A stretch of 64,000 nt of DNA from an uncultured Spirochaetota bacterium. Lineage in GTDB: Bacteria > Spirochaetota > Brevinematia > Brevinematales > JAOACQ01. Location: assembly GCA_963835575.1 (NCBI GenBank), contig CAWIGG010000002.1:1088001-1152000 (forward strand), read 5' to 3'. This document shows positions 21,801-30,523 of the stretch, piece after piece; the first letter of the stretch is position 1, and every line of letters begins with the position of its first letter. The translations under genes and the position numbers were made by a program. A model generated the notes under the pieces. That model worked only from the letters and a program-made list of their open reading frames with translations. It made no database searches and was not told the DNA's origin.

Positions 21801-22173
21801 AATGGAGATTTACAAAAAAATGCTTTCTGTCAGAAGCGAAGATGAAATAAAATCCTTGACCCTTGAGCTGAATGACCGTTTCGGTTCAATTCCGGCTGAA
21901 GTCCATGCCCTTTTTGAAATCTCGCGCTTGAAGATCAAAGCTTCCGCTTTAGGCATAGAATCGATTATAGAAAAAAAGGATATCATTGAGATCGTGTTTT
22001 CCAGGTATTCAAAGGTGGATGCGGTAAAGGTAATGAACTTAAAAGCCTCGGGAAAGCATGAAATGACAATAAAACCGGCAGAGAAAAATAAAATATTCTA
22101 TAAGAGCTTTGAAAGCAATATCATGATCAAGGTGAAAAGGCTCATCGGTTTTATGGATGATATAAAAGAGTAA
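18850..22173 (+). CDS. mfd: Transcription-repair coupling factor
   Basis: FSVRGDIVDIF, VVHLNYGIG, GDVGFGKTEVA, DEEH, SATPIPRTL, QLKGRVGR, DLEIRGAGN. Confidence 0.97.
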   Translation: MPFNFLEYIRSFFKIEPLIKLLKEQAEVVFNVPIGALPLLLDRLREGATCFYIARNELEAEAVYESLQSLRSNVLFFPEVDVIPYSNVFPSPDKLSDRIAALYELTKDQNTIVILTLESYLRKLPSAEFLNKSIIKLKNGDSFNRDKLINILVDYQYIRDFKTSEQGYFSVRGDIVDIFPPNFKEGIRINFLGDEIESIKLFNTISQKSIENLKEFDLIPANEFAIVKEKINKDNQEYLNETSIHSYFPKFYSKLSHISGYSSLKKLIVYNEKIWDDLENIQSKYEQFGGNRELLIWDPEEIREMNTNSAVLKIASVINEDILPIKLNQPPEFGEGFSRFLADVEEVYLKNDYQVFILLEYEDLAKRIMNILKKLNPVLIHNNEEIKENHKLAVVIINYEHGFELISSQGKLLLLTESDISGKKRLFRKRIRQIDTLFEDIEDIQEGEFVVHLNYGIGIFKNIERINVLGKEKDYILLEYAQQERLYVPLEQSNLIGKYIGGMTKKPVLGSLGGKSWSKKKEKVQKSIEEFAQRLVAIYAKRGALKGHVFPPDTAWQKDFENRFEYIETPDQIKVIEEIKRDMEVSKPMDRLLCGDVGFGKTEVAMRCAFKAVMDGKQAVLIAPTTVLVEQHYYTFMDRFKGFPIKIDYVSRFTDPKKLKKIMKETASHQIDILIGTHKLFSEDIAFHSLGLVIIDEEHKFGVNHKEIMKERYPLVDFLSLSATPIPRTLNMALSTLRDISLLETPPDMRIPVETYVSDFSMDIVKFAVEKELSRGGQVFFVHNTIKRLPEYAYMIQKMVPPAKIAVGHGQMDEEELERSFIGFVKGEYNVLVSTTIIDSGLDIPNANTVIISDAHRFGLSQLYQLKGRVGRAKRQGYAYFLYPENKSLTETAQKRLFVINEYTNLGAGFNIALKDLEIRGAGNVLGREQHGNIIAVGFDVYTRLLREEIERLKGGYKEEIDTLIDLNYDAFIPNEFIQDNASKMEIYKKMLSVRSEDEIKSLTLELNDRFGSIPAEVHALFEISRLKIKASALGIESIIEKKDIIEIVFSRYSKVDAVKVMNLKASGKHEMTIKPAEKNKIFYKSFESNIMIKVKRLIGFMDDIKE

Positions 22174-22546
22174 TTTTTTTAATCAATGGGACCAGAATAA
22201 TTAATATTCCGATAATGACGGCGTTTACAGCTGATAAGAGAACGGCGCCGGCGGAGATGTCTTTAATCAATCCGATCTTATCATTTCTTTTCTGTTTTGA
22301 AATGATATCACAGAGCCTTTCAATTGATGTATTCCAGAGTTCCGATCCCAGCACAAAAAATATGGAAAGAATAATCAATCCCCATTCTAAAACATTAAGC
22401 TTTAGATAAAAGCCTGATAATATCACAGGAATTATTATAATGAGATGAAACCGGAAATTCTGTTCTTTTTTAGCTGTTTGAATGATACCTTGAAATGCAA
22501 AGCTGAAGTTTACAGCCATTTTTTTGAAATCGAATATTTTTTTCAT
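22151..22546 (-). CDS. dgkA: Diacylglycerol/undecaprenol kinase family protein
   Basis: FSFAFQGI, EQNFRFH, ELWNTSIE, IKDISAGAVL. Confidence 0.85.
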   Translation of the reverse strand: MKKIFDFKKMAVNFSFAFQGIIQTAKKEQNFRFHLIIIIPVILSGFYLKLNVLEWGLIILSIFFVLGSELWNTSIERLCDIISKQKRNDKIGLIKDISAGAVLLSAVNAVIIGILIILVPLIKKITLLYHP

Positions 22547-22552
22547 AATTTA

Positions 22553-22584
22553 AAATAAATTGCCCGCCCTTTTCGGGCGGGACA
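22553..22584 (-). terminator. Intrinsic terminator downstream of the tRNA cluster
   Basis: Minus strand cccgccc-gaaaa-gggcggg hairpin followed by caatttatttt. Confidence 0.7.
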
Positions 22585-22597
22585 ATTAAAATTTACT

Positions 22598-22671
22598 CGG
22601 GGTTGACGGGACTTGAACCCGCGGCACCTGGCGTGACAGGCCAGTACTCTAACCAGCTGAGCTACAACCCC
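22598..22671 (-). tRNA. tRNA-Asp(GTC)
   Basis: ggggttg/caacccc acceptor stem, anticodon arm ctggc-ctGTCac-gccag, ggttcaagtcc T-arm; CCA not encoded. Confidence 0.95.
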
Positions 22672-22739
22672 GGACTTTGTAACGGCAGTTGCCATCATTC
22701 ATCTTAAGGATGAATGTTAGCAAAAACCTTTTATAGTAT

Positions 22740-22813
22740 TAGCGGGAGGGGGAGTTGAACCCTCGACACGCGGATTATGATTCCGCTGCTCTAACCAACT
22801 GAGCTATCCCGCC
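22740..22813 (-). tRNA. tRNA-Met(CAT), elongator type
   Basis: ggcggga/tcccgct acceptor stem, anticodon arm gcgga-atCATaa-tccgc; CCA not encoded. Confidence 0.9.
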
Positions 22814-22829
22814 ATTATTCCCACATTTT

Positions 22830-22872
22830 ATATCATTCTGCCGACGTCCTGAGGGCGTCGGCAGAATGATAT
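22830..22872. repeat. Perfect 17-bp inverted repeat in the tRNA spacer
   Basis: atatcattctgccgacg ... cgtcggcagaatgatat. Confidence 0.85.
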
Positions 22873-22882
22873 CTTTATATTT

Positions 22883-22956
<74 letters not shown>

Positions 22957-23004
22957 ACGTTTACTATCATAGGGAAATTATTATATTCCAATTAATGTAT
23001 TCTG

Positions 23005-23745
23005 TCAAATTTTACCGCCCATTCCGCCCGCGGCATCTTTTTTTAGTTGTTTAATTTTACCTGATATCCTGCCGAATAAATGATCGATCACTACACAGTC
23101 ATATTCTTCCAGTTTTGCGCGGAGTAAAATTTTTTTTATGTAGTTTTTCAGCCTCCATTCCGGAACACTTTTAAAGAAATCCATTTCATCCAGCGCTGTA
23201 ATTATTTTGTTCATCATGGAATCGAAATTCTTTCTATTTACCGGAGAAAAATGTTTATCTTTATTAGAATGATTTTTTGTCCTGTAAATATCATAAAGAG
23301 TGATCATGACAGCCTGAGCTAAATTTATGGAAGGGAATTTACTGGAAGCAGGAATTGTACAAATCAGATCGCATTGCTGGATTTCCTCATTTGTGAGCCC
23401 GTTTTTTTCCCTTCCGAAAACAAGATAGACATTTTTTTTCTTATAATTCAGGATGAATTGAGAAAAATCCTCGAGAATAAAATCCCTTTTCCTCCACTGA
23501 CCGATCCGGCGGGTTACAGCGGCAGAAAGATCTGAATTATTCAAAGCTTCATTTAAAACCGGATATATTTGAGCGTTTTTAAGAATATCCTTGGCATGAA
23601 CAGCGTAATTAAGCGCATTTTGAGAAAGATGATTGCAGAGAGGGTGAATAAGGATCAGACTGCTGACATCCATATTCATCATGGCTCTTGCGGCCGAACC
23701 GATATTTTCCTCACCTTCCGGCTCAACTAAAACAATATGAATCAT
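23005..23745 (-). CDS. trmJ: TrmJ/LasT family SPOUT RNA methyltransferase
   Basis: IVLVEP...NIGSAARAM, VFGREKNGLTNEE, SINLAQAV. Confidence 0.8.
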   Translation of the reverse strand: MIHIVLVEPEGEENIGSAARAMMNMDVSSLILIHPLCNHLSQNALNYAVHAKDILKNAQIYPVLNEALNNSDLSAAVTRRIGQWRKRDFILEDFSQFILNYKKKNVYLVFGREKNGLTNEEIQQCDLICTIPASSKFPSINLAQAVMITLYDIYRTKNHSNKDKHFSPVNRKNFDSMMNKIITALDEMDFFKSVPEWRLKNYIKKILLRAKLEEYDCVVIDHLFGRISGKIKQLKKDAAGGMGGKI

Positions 23746-23841
23746 GATTAAACCTCAATTAAATTATTATAGAGCAATTAAGTTTGATTCTCAAGATATA
23801 AAATAATACTTTCTTAATTGAGTGATTTATATTATCAGATT

Positions 23842-23923
23842 TCCATCCCCGTGTGCTGTTCCCAGGTGATATGGCGAGCTGCATTGGAAAGTAGCGAAGC
23901 GTATCGATGGACGTTGTGTGAAA
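23842..23923. other. Unidentified GC-rich structured intergenic element
   Basis: GC-rich island in an AT-rich spacer; tccatc/gatgga and gctgttcccaggtg/cattggaaagtagc pairings. Confidence 0.4.
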
Positions 23924-23996
23924 ATATGACTATAATTAAGATGTTACATAAAATCGATCAATTTAAGTATTTATATTTTTGATAATAAAAAAACCT

Positions 23997-24025
23997 TTGC
24001 ATAAAAAAATAAAAAGTTATATAAT
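23997..24025 (+). promoter_or_regulatory. Sigma70-type promoter of the V-ATPase operon
   Basis: TTGCAT-17 nt-TATAAT. Confidence 0.6.
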
Positions 24026-24058
24026 AGGTTATAAAATAAAGGGCGCATGGAGGAAAAT

Positions 24059-24532
24059 ATGTTAATTGTCGGTATAATCTTATTTTTCGTCTTAGTTGGA
24101 GGAATGACAGCTTTCTATTTCATCTTAAAAAAAGCGAAAATAACAAAGAAAATGTCCGGATCATTTATGAAAACAATGATTGTTACCGGAATATTTTCAA
24201 TCTTTGTGATCAGCGTCGGTGTTCTGACATTGTCGGTTAATAAAGCGCATGCGCAGGAAAAAAGCACCCAGACGCAGACTCAGACTCAGGAAGTCAAACC
24301 TCCCGCGAATAATTCCGGTTCCGCGGGCCTTGGCTTTATTGCAGCCGCTTTGGCCGTCGGGCTCGGATCACTGGGCGCCGGTATTGCCGTAGGCATGTCT
24401 GGAGCCGCGGCAGTTGGCGCAATTTCGGAAAACCCAAAAATATTCGGAAACGCGATCGTATTTGTCGCTATGGCGGAAGGAATTGCCATTTATGGTGTGG
24501 TTATCGCTATTCTGATACTGGCAAGAATTTAA
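24059..24532 (+). CDS. atpK: V/A-type ATPase subunit K (c, proteolipid) with N-terminal extension
   Basis: Gly/Ala-rich hairpin GLGSLGAGIAVG...AISENP...FVAMAEGIAIYG; GGAGG SD at 24049-24053 favours ATG 24059 over 24047. Confidence 0.9.
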   Translation: MLIVGIILFFVLVGGMTAFYFILKKAKITKKMSGSFMKTMIVTGIFSIFVISVGVLTLSVNKAHAQEKSTQTQTQTQEVKPPANNSGSAGLGFIAAALAVGLGSLGAGIAVGMSGAAAVGAISENPKIFGNAIVFVAMAEGIAIYGVVIAILILARI

Positions 24533-24550
24533 AATCTCAGGATATAAAGA

Positions 24551-24856
24551 ATGAAGATAATTGTCCTGGGTGACAAAGAAACCTCTCTATTATTTACTCT
24601 TGAAGGGGTCGAAGGAAAGGTCATTGAAAACCAAAATGATGCGATTGAGGAAATTAAGCGGATCAAAAAAGCGAAAACATACGGCCTCTTAGTTGTTAAT
24701 GAACAGGTAGCTGAATGGGCCAGGGAATTGATTAATCAATTAAGGTTTTCCAAGGAATTACCGCTGGTAATAGATATTCCAGGCTCAGAAGGACATATTG
24801 AAACCGGCAAGACACTGTCTGATTATATCAGAGAGGCTGTCGGAATTAGAATATAA
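24551..24856 (+). CDS. V/A-type ATPase subunit F
   Basis: KIIVLGDKET..LF.L.GV, PLVIDIP, IREAVGIRI. Confidence 0.9.
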   Translation: MKIIVLGDKETSLLFTLEGVEGKVIENQNDAIEEIKRIKKAKTYGLLVVNEQVAEWARELINQLRFSKELPLVIDIPGSEGHIETGKTLSDYIREAVGIRI

Positions 24857-24877
24857 TCATTATTCAAAGGTGGTTCT

Positions 24878-25459
24878 ATGGGTCTAAAAGAGATTTTAGA
24901 TGAAATAAACAGAGACGCTGATTCTGAAAATAATGAATTTATTAATACGGCTAAAATTGAGTCTGATAAAAAAGTAATAACTCAGGCTGAGGAAATCAAT
25001 AATAAACACGATAAAGATAAATCTTCATTAGAATCCGAGTTAAAGCGTTTCCGACTTAAATTATCCGCCAAAGCAGACCTGGACGCTTACAGGGAAAAGC
25101 AGAAACTTGAAGTGAATCTGATAGAAAAAGCGCTGGAAGAATCATACGGCGAATTAATAAAATATTTAAAAGAGAATATTGAAGTGTATTTTGATTTTCT
25201 TAAAAGACTGATCAAATCATCGATTGAATTAATCGGCGTAACGCCCGTCAGCATCTCTTTGAATAAGGAAGATCAGGTTTTATTTAAAGACCTGGCAAAA
25301 GAATTTGAAAAAGACGCTTTAACACTCGCGGCGCCAGCTAAAATCAGCGGAGGCGTGATTTGCGCTTCCGGCGATAGTTATATTGATAATTCATTGGAAA
25401 ATATATTTAAAAAGAACCGGCCGCAGTTCCTGAAAATGATCTCTGAAGAAATTGAATAA
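24878..25459 (+). CDS. V/A-type ATPase subunit E
   Basis: MGLKEILDEI coiled coil, ISGGVI...IDNSLE C-terminus, operon context. Confidence 0.85.
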   Translation: MGLKEILDEINRDADSENNEFINTAKIESDKKVITQAEEINNKHDKDKSSLESELKRFRLKLSAKADLDAYREKQKLEVNLIEKALEESYGELIKYLKENIEVYFDFLKRLIKSSIELIGVTPVSISLNKEDQVLFKDLAKEFEKDALTLAAPAKISGGVICASGDSYIDNSLENIFKKNRPQFLKMISEEIE

Positions 25460-25477
25460 ATAATACAGGAAAAGGTG

Positions 25478-26161
25478 ATGAAAGAAAAGAAGGCTGAAAT
25501 AAAAGTAAAGGATAAAAAGTATCTGCGTATACCGGTAAAAACTCATGTGATCACTAAAGGTGAGAATATCGTTGAAATAGTTAAAAAATATGCCCTGAAA
25601 TCTTTAAAAGAAGGCGATATTGTTTTTATCAGTGAAAAAGCCGTAGCCGTCACTCAGGGGAGGGCTTATCCTGTGAAGGAAATAAAGCCGAGGCCGCTGG
25701 CTGTGTTTTTATCACATTATGTCACGAAAACACCGAGCGGCATCGGACTGGGTATACCGGAAACAATGGAGATGGCTTTAAGGGAATGCGGGGTTGTAAG
25801 GATAATGATAGCTGCCGCAGTGAGTTTCCTGACCAAGCTTGTGGGCAGAAAGGGTGATTTTTACAGGGTTGCCGGCTATAAAGCGTCTTCAATAGACGGC
25901 CCGACGCCGAATACGCTTCCTCCATACAATACATATGTCGTTCTGGGCCCCGAAAAACCTGATAAAGTTTCAAAAGAAATCAGTATAGGGGTTAAAAATC
26001 CCTCGATTATTGTTGATCTGAATGACCTGGGGGGTAAAATCCTCGGAAGATCGGATAAAACTATGGATAAAAACTGGCTTTTGTCCGTACTAAGAGATAA
26101 TCCTCTCGGTCAGAGCACAGAACAAACACCAATAGGTATTATTAGGGAAATAGAGTCTTAA
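25478..26161 (+). CDS. Coenzyme F420-0:gamma-glutamyl ligase (CofE)-like protein
   Basis: PVKTHVI..GE, GDIVFISEKAVAVTQGR, IDGPT, IVDLND, DNPLGQSTEQTPIGIIR. Confidence 0.85.
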   Translation: MKEKKAEIKVKDKKYLRIPVKTHVITKGENIVEIVKKYALKSLKEGDIVFISEKAVAVTQGRAYPVKEIKPRPLAVFLSHYVTKTPSGIGLGIPETMEMALRECGVVRIMIAAAVSFLTKLVGRKGDFYRVAGYKASSIDGPTPNTLPPYNTYVVLGPEKPDKVSKEISIGVKNPSIIVDLNDLGGKILGRSDKTMDKNWLLSVLRDNPLGQSTEQTPIGIIREIES

Positions 26162-26182
26162 ACATTAGTTTTGAGGAAAAAT

Positions 26183-27961
26183 ATGGAAAACAAAAAGGCT
26201 GGAAAAATATTAAGAATTAACGGACCTATTATTAAGGCTCAATTATTTGAAATGCTTAAAATGATGGAGCTTGTGGAAGTATCTGAACAGCATCTGGTAG
26301 GCGAAGTTCTCAGTATTCAGGGTGATACTTCCATTATTCAGGTTTATGAAGACACAAGCGGAATTAAACCCGGCGACTTTATATACAGCACCGGCTTGCC
26401 TTTGTCTGTCGAATTGGGACCGGGTCTTATCGGAAACATTTTTGATGGAATTCAAAGACCTCTCGAGGAAATTTATAAAAGAAGCGGCATTTATATCGGC
26501 AGGGGAATCAATATCCTTTCTCTTGATAGAATTAAAAAATGGCATTTTAAACCGTCTCTTTCTCTTGGGGCAAAGGTTGAAGGCGGCATGATTATTGGGA
26601 CCATTCCGGAAACCAGCATTATCGAACACCGGGTCATTTTAAATCCCAGTATTAAGACGGGTACTATCGTTAAAATAGAAAAGGAAGGGGACTACCAGCT
26701 GGAGGATGTCATTGCAATTGTGAAAACCGCTGAAGATGAGGAAATCGAAGTCAAACTTTATCACCGCTGGGCAGTCAAGTTTCCTAGGCCTATCATAGAG
26801 AGGGTTAAGCCTGTTATTCCCCTTCTGACTGGCCAGAGGATCATAGATATTTTCTTTCCAATTGCTAAAGGAGGTACAGCCGGTATCCCGGGCGGCTTTG
26901 GTACGGGAAAAACTATTACCCAGCACCAACTCGCGAAATGGGCAGATGCAGAGGTGATTGTTTACATAGGCTGCGGAGAAAGAGGAAATGAAATGACCGA
27001 AGTACTGGAAGATTTTCCTAAACTGATCGACCCAAGAACGGAAAAGCCTCTTATGGAAAGAACAGTCCTGATAGCCAATACTTCAAATATGCCGGTGACC
27101 GCGAGGGAAGCCTCTATTTATACGGGTATTACATTGGCCGAATATTATAGGGATATGGGATACGATGTCGCCGTTATGGCGGACTCGACATCCCGCTGGG
27201 CTGAAGCTCTGCGCGAATTATCTGGACGTCTTGAAGAAATGCCGGCCGAAGAAGGTTTTCCCGCTTATCTGGGTTCAAGGCTCGCTGCTTTTTATGAAAG
27301 GGCCGGTTATGTAAAGACCAAATCCGGCTCACTCGGTTCCATCAGCGTGATCGGCGCCGTTTCTCCCCCTGGAGGCGATTTCTCGGAACCTGTAACACAG
27401 AATACAAAACGTTTTGTCCGCTGTTTCTGGGAATTGGATAAAACGTTAGCCAGCAGCCGGCACTATCCTTCAATCAACTGGATGAGAAGTTACAGCCAGT
27501 ATGTGGATGACTGTAAAGAATGGTGGGATAAAAATGTTTCTTCAGATTATAAGGAAGTCAGGATAAAAACTTTTGAAATTCTTCAAAAGGAAGACAGGCT
27601 TCAGAGGATTGTTAAATTGATAGGCCCTGACGCATTGCCGGACAGCGAAAGGCTGTACCTTGAAGTAGCCAGGATTATCAAGCTCGGGTTTCTCCAGCAG
27701 GGAGCCTTTGATGAAATTGATACCTATTCCACACCTGAAAAGCAGCTGAAAATGCTCAGGCTTATACTCAATTTTCAAAAAAGGGCTGAGGAAATCATTA
27801 AACTGGGAGCGCCGATATTCACCATCAGGGATATGAAATGCATACCCAGTATTATCCGTATTAAAATGACGGTACCAAATAACCGCTTGAGCGATATAGA
27901 TGATATTGAACAAATCATGCTGAAGGAATTTGATGATTTAAAGGCGGAATATAAAGAATAA
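26183..27961 (+). CDS. atpA: V/A-type ATPase catalytic subunit A
   Basis: GGFGTGKT P-loop, YIGCGERGNEM, NTSNMPV.AREAS, DSTSRWAEALRE, VSPPGGDFSEPVTQ. Confidence 0.97.
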   Translation: MENKKAGKILRINGPIIKAQLFEMLKMMELVEVSEQHLVGEVLSIQGDTSIIQVYEDTSGIKPGDFIYSTGLPLSVELGPGLIGNIFDGIQRPLEEIYKRSGIYIGRGINILSLDRIKKWHFKPSLSLGAKVEGGMIIGTIPETSIIEHRVILNPSIKTGTIVKIEKEGDYQLEDVIAIVKTAEDEEIEVKLYHRWAVKFPRPIIERVKPVIPLLTGQRIIDIFFPIAKGGTAGIPGGFGTGKTITQHQLAKWADAEVIVYIGCGERGNEMTEVLEDFPKLIDPRTEKPLMERTVLIANTSNMPVTAREASIYTGITLAEYYRDMGYDVAVMADSTSRWAEALRELSGRLEEMPAEEGFPAYLGSRLAAFYERAGYVKTKSGSLGSISVIGAVSPPGGDFSEPVTQNTKRFVRCFWELDKTLASSRHYPSINWMRSYSQYVDDCKEWWDKNVSSDYKEVRIKTFEILQKEDRLQRIVKLIGPDALPDSERLYLEVARIIKLGFLQQGAFDEIDTYSTPEKQLKMLRLILNFQKRAEEIIKLGAPIFTIRDMKCIPSIIRIKMTVPNNRLSDIDDIEQIMLKEFDDLKAEYKE

Positions 27962-28009
27962 TTTATTAATTAATAGATTAAAAACAAAAGAAGCAAAGTG
28001 GAGAAGAAA

Positions 28010-29407
28010 ATGGCTGTGGAAATGAGTAAAGAATATGTCGGAATAGCCGGGTTGAAAGGACCGCTTGCTATTGTCGAGGGTATTAAGGGAATCGGCTATG
28101 ATGAAATGGTTGAGATCAGAATGGCAGACGGTTCAGAACGTCATGGCAAGGTTCTGGAATCTTCTGATGATGCTGTTGTCATACAATTATTTGAAGGAAC
28201 CAGCGGTATCAATCCTAGAGAAGCCAGGGTGGCTTTTAAAGGAAAACCCTTTGAAATAGGCCTGTCTGAAAAAATGCTGGGAAGAGTGTTTAACGGGATC
28301 GGCAGGCAGATTGACGGGCTTTCGGAAATCATACCGGAAGAAATAAAGAACGCGAATGGAGAGCCTCTCAATCCTGTCGTCAGGGCATATCCGCGCGAGT
28401 ATATAGAAACCGGGGTTTCGGCCATTGACCTGATGAATACCCTTGTCCGTGGTCAAAAACTTCCCATATTCTCGGCGGCCGGGCTTCCCCATAATGAATT
28501 AGCGGCTCAAATCGCGGCCCAGGCCAAGCTTCCCGGAGAGGAAGCGGGTAATTTCGCCGTAATCTTCGCCGCCATGGGCATCAAGCATGATGATGCTTTC
28601 TTTTTTATTAAAAATTTTGAAGATACAGGCGCTTTAAAGAATGTGGCAATGTTTTTGAACCTGGCTGACGATCCGCCGATTGAAAGAATTATAACGCCCC
28701 GAGTCGCCCTTACCGTTGCGGAATATTTGGCTTATGAAAAAGGGAAGCATGTCCTTGTAATTCTGACAGATATGACAAGTTATTGCGAAGCGTTGAGAGA
28801 AATAGCCAATGCCAGGGGCGAAGTACCGGCAAGAAAAGGTTTCCCCGGTTATATGTACAGCGACTTATCAACAATATATGAAAGAGCGGGACGTGTTAAG
28901 GGCAGGAATGGAAGCATCACTCAGGTGCCCATTTTAACAATGCCTAATGACGATATCACGCATCCTGTGCCGGACCTGACCGGTTATATTACAGAAGGGC
29001 AGATAGTTCTCGGAAGGGATTTGAACGGCAAGGGCATTTATCCTCCGATTGACATATTGCCGTCGCTATCCCGTTTGATGAAAGACAGTATCGGAAAAGG
29101 GTATACAAGAGACGATCATCCCCATTTATTTATGCAACTGTACGCGAGTTACGCGAGAGTGAAAGAAGTACGGGCAATAGCTTCCATTGTAGGTGAAGAG
29201 GAATTGGGCGCCGTTGATAAGGCTTATCTTAATTTCGGTAATGAATATGAGCATGGTTTTATAAATCAGGGTTTTACCGAGGCGCGTTCGATGGAAGACA
29301 GCCTGGCTTTGGGCTGGAAAATGGTTTCCTTACTGCCGAAAACAGAGCTTTCCGGTTTAAAAGAAGAGGAAATAAAGAAGTATTATTCCGGAAAAGAAGA
29401 AAAATAG
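28010..29407 (+). CDS. atpB: V/A-type ATPase subunit B
   Basis: [53 protein letters not shown]. Confidence 0.97.
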   Translation: MAVEMSKEYVGIAGLKGPLAIVEGIKGIGYDEMVEIRMADGSERHGKVLESSDDAVVIQLFEGTSGINPREARVAFKGKPFEIGLSEKMLGRVFNGIGRQIDGLSEIIPEEIKNANGEPLNPVVRAYPREYIETGVSAIDLMNTLVRGQKLPIFSAAGLPHNELAAQIAAQAKLPGEEAGNFAVIFAAMGIKHDDAFFFIKNFEDTGALKNVAMFLNLADDPPIERIITPRVALTVAEYLAYEKGKHVLVILTDMTSYCEALREIANARGEVPARKGFPGYMYSDLSTIYERAGRVKGRNGSITQVPILTMPNDDITHPVPDLTGYITEGQIVLGRDLNGKGIYPPIDILPSLSRLMKDSIGKGYTRDDHPHLFMQLYASYARVKEVRAIASIVGEEELGAVDKAYLNFGNEYEHGFINQGFTEARSMEDSLALGWKMVSLLPKTELSGLKEEEIKKYYSGKEEK

Positions 29408-29416
29408 GGATAAATT

Positions 29417-30052
29417 ATGAATTTAGCAGAAATAGCCCCGACAAAGACAAACTTGCTTGATTACAAGGCTCAACTCGAGTTTTCTATAGAAGGACATTCT
29501 CTGCTTGAAGAAAAAAGAGAAATCCTTGTTATGCATCTTGTTGAGATTATATCCAAAATAAAGGAGCAGCGGGAAAAACTGGATTCCCTGCTGGGAAAAA
29601 GTTATGAGCTCCTGAAATTGGTTGAGCTGGAAATTGGAGAGATTGAAGTCAGAAAAATAGCAGATACACATAAAGAAGTTGCTGAGATAGAAGTTCAGGA
29701 AAAGAGTATTATGGGTGTTAACATTCCCACAATAAAATATAAAGATAAAATAGATGAAGCGGCTAAACCTGAGATTTCTTTTGCTTCATCCAGTAACAAT
29801 TTTGATATCCTCTTAAAACAGATAAAAGAAATATTAAAACTTCTTATTGTTGTGACCCAGGTTGAAGATTCAGCATGGCGGCTTGCTTATGAAATTAAAA
29901 AAACGCAGCGGCGCGTCAATGCCCTGGAAAATATTTTTATACCTGATTTCAAGGAAATCATCAAATTTATTCAGGATATTTTAGAGGAAAGAGAAAGAGA
30001 AACTTTCTTCCAGTTGAAGAGGATAAAAAGCGCTCAAGAATCAGTTGAATAG
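29417..30052 (+). CDS. atpD: V/A-type ATPase subunit D
   Basis: PTKTNL, GHSLLEEKR, IKKTQRRVNALE, LEERERE.FFQLK. Confidence 0.95.
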   Translation: MNLAEIAPTKTNLLDYKAQLEFSIEGHSLLEEKREILVMHLVEIISKIKEQREKLDSLLGKSYELLKLVELEIGEIEVRKIADTHKEVAEIEVQEKSIMGVNIPTIKYKDKIDEAAKPEISFASSSNNFDILLKQIKEILKLLIVVTQVEDSAWRLAYEIKKTQRRVNALENIFIPDFKEIIKFIQDILEERERETFFQLKRIKSAQESVE

Positions 30053-30070
30053 TGGGTTGGGAGGTCTGGC

Positions 30071-30523
30071 ATGGGCAGAATTTATGTTCCAATGACGGGC
30101 TCGGCAGAAAGCAGAAAAGCCATATCCCGGGCGATTTCTTTGGCTAAAACGCTTAATATGGACGTTGTCGCAATAAATGTCATAGATAAGGAACTGTTAA
30201 ACAAGATGGAAAGATATAAGATTTTTATAGAAGAGGAAACTGAAATTATCAAAGAAGGGATGAAAAAAGACGCTGAAAAATACTTGAATTACGCGCAAAA
30301 ACTGGGTAATGAAAATGGAGTAAATGTCAATACCGTCTTATTGGAAGGAGACCCTTATTCAAAAATAATGGATTATATTAAACATGATAATAAACAGTAT
30401 AAAATTGTCTGTATCGCTAAAAAATGCGGAGGCGAATTTTTAAAGGATATCTTTTCCACCATTGAAAGAAAAATTTTGCTCAATATTTCCTGTGATGTAA
30501 TCGTTGTTGGAGAATGTCTATGA
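30071..30523 (+). CDS. Universal stress protein (USP)
   Basis: IYVPMTGSAESRKAI..A..LAK, EGDP...I, C-terminal CDVIVV. Confidence 0.85.
   Translation: MGRIYVPMTGSAESRKAISRAISLAKTLNMDVVAINVIDKELLNKMERYKIFIEEETEIIKEGMKKDAEKYLNYAQKLGNENGVNVNTVLLEGDPYSKIMDYIKHDNKQYKIVCIAKKCGGEFLKDIFSTIERKILLNISCDVIVVGECL

Noticed and set aside
23842..23923. SRP RNA (ffs) or 6S RNA identity for the GC-rich element
   Set aside because: No CAGG-GNRA-AGCAG helix-8 motif for SRP and no convincing GC-rich closing stem for 6S; left as unidentified
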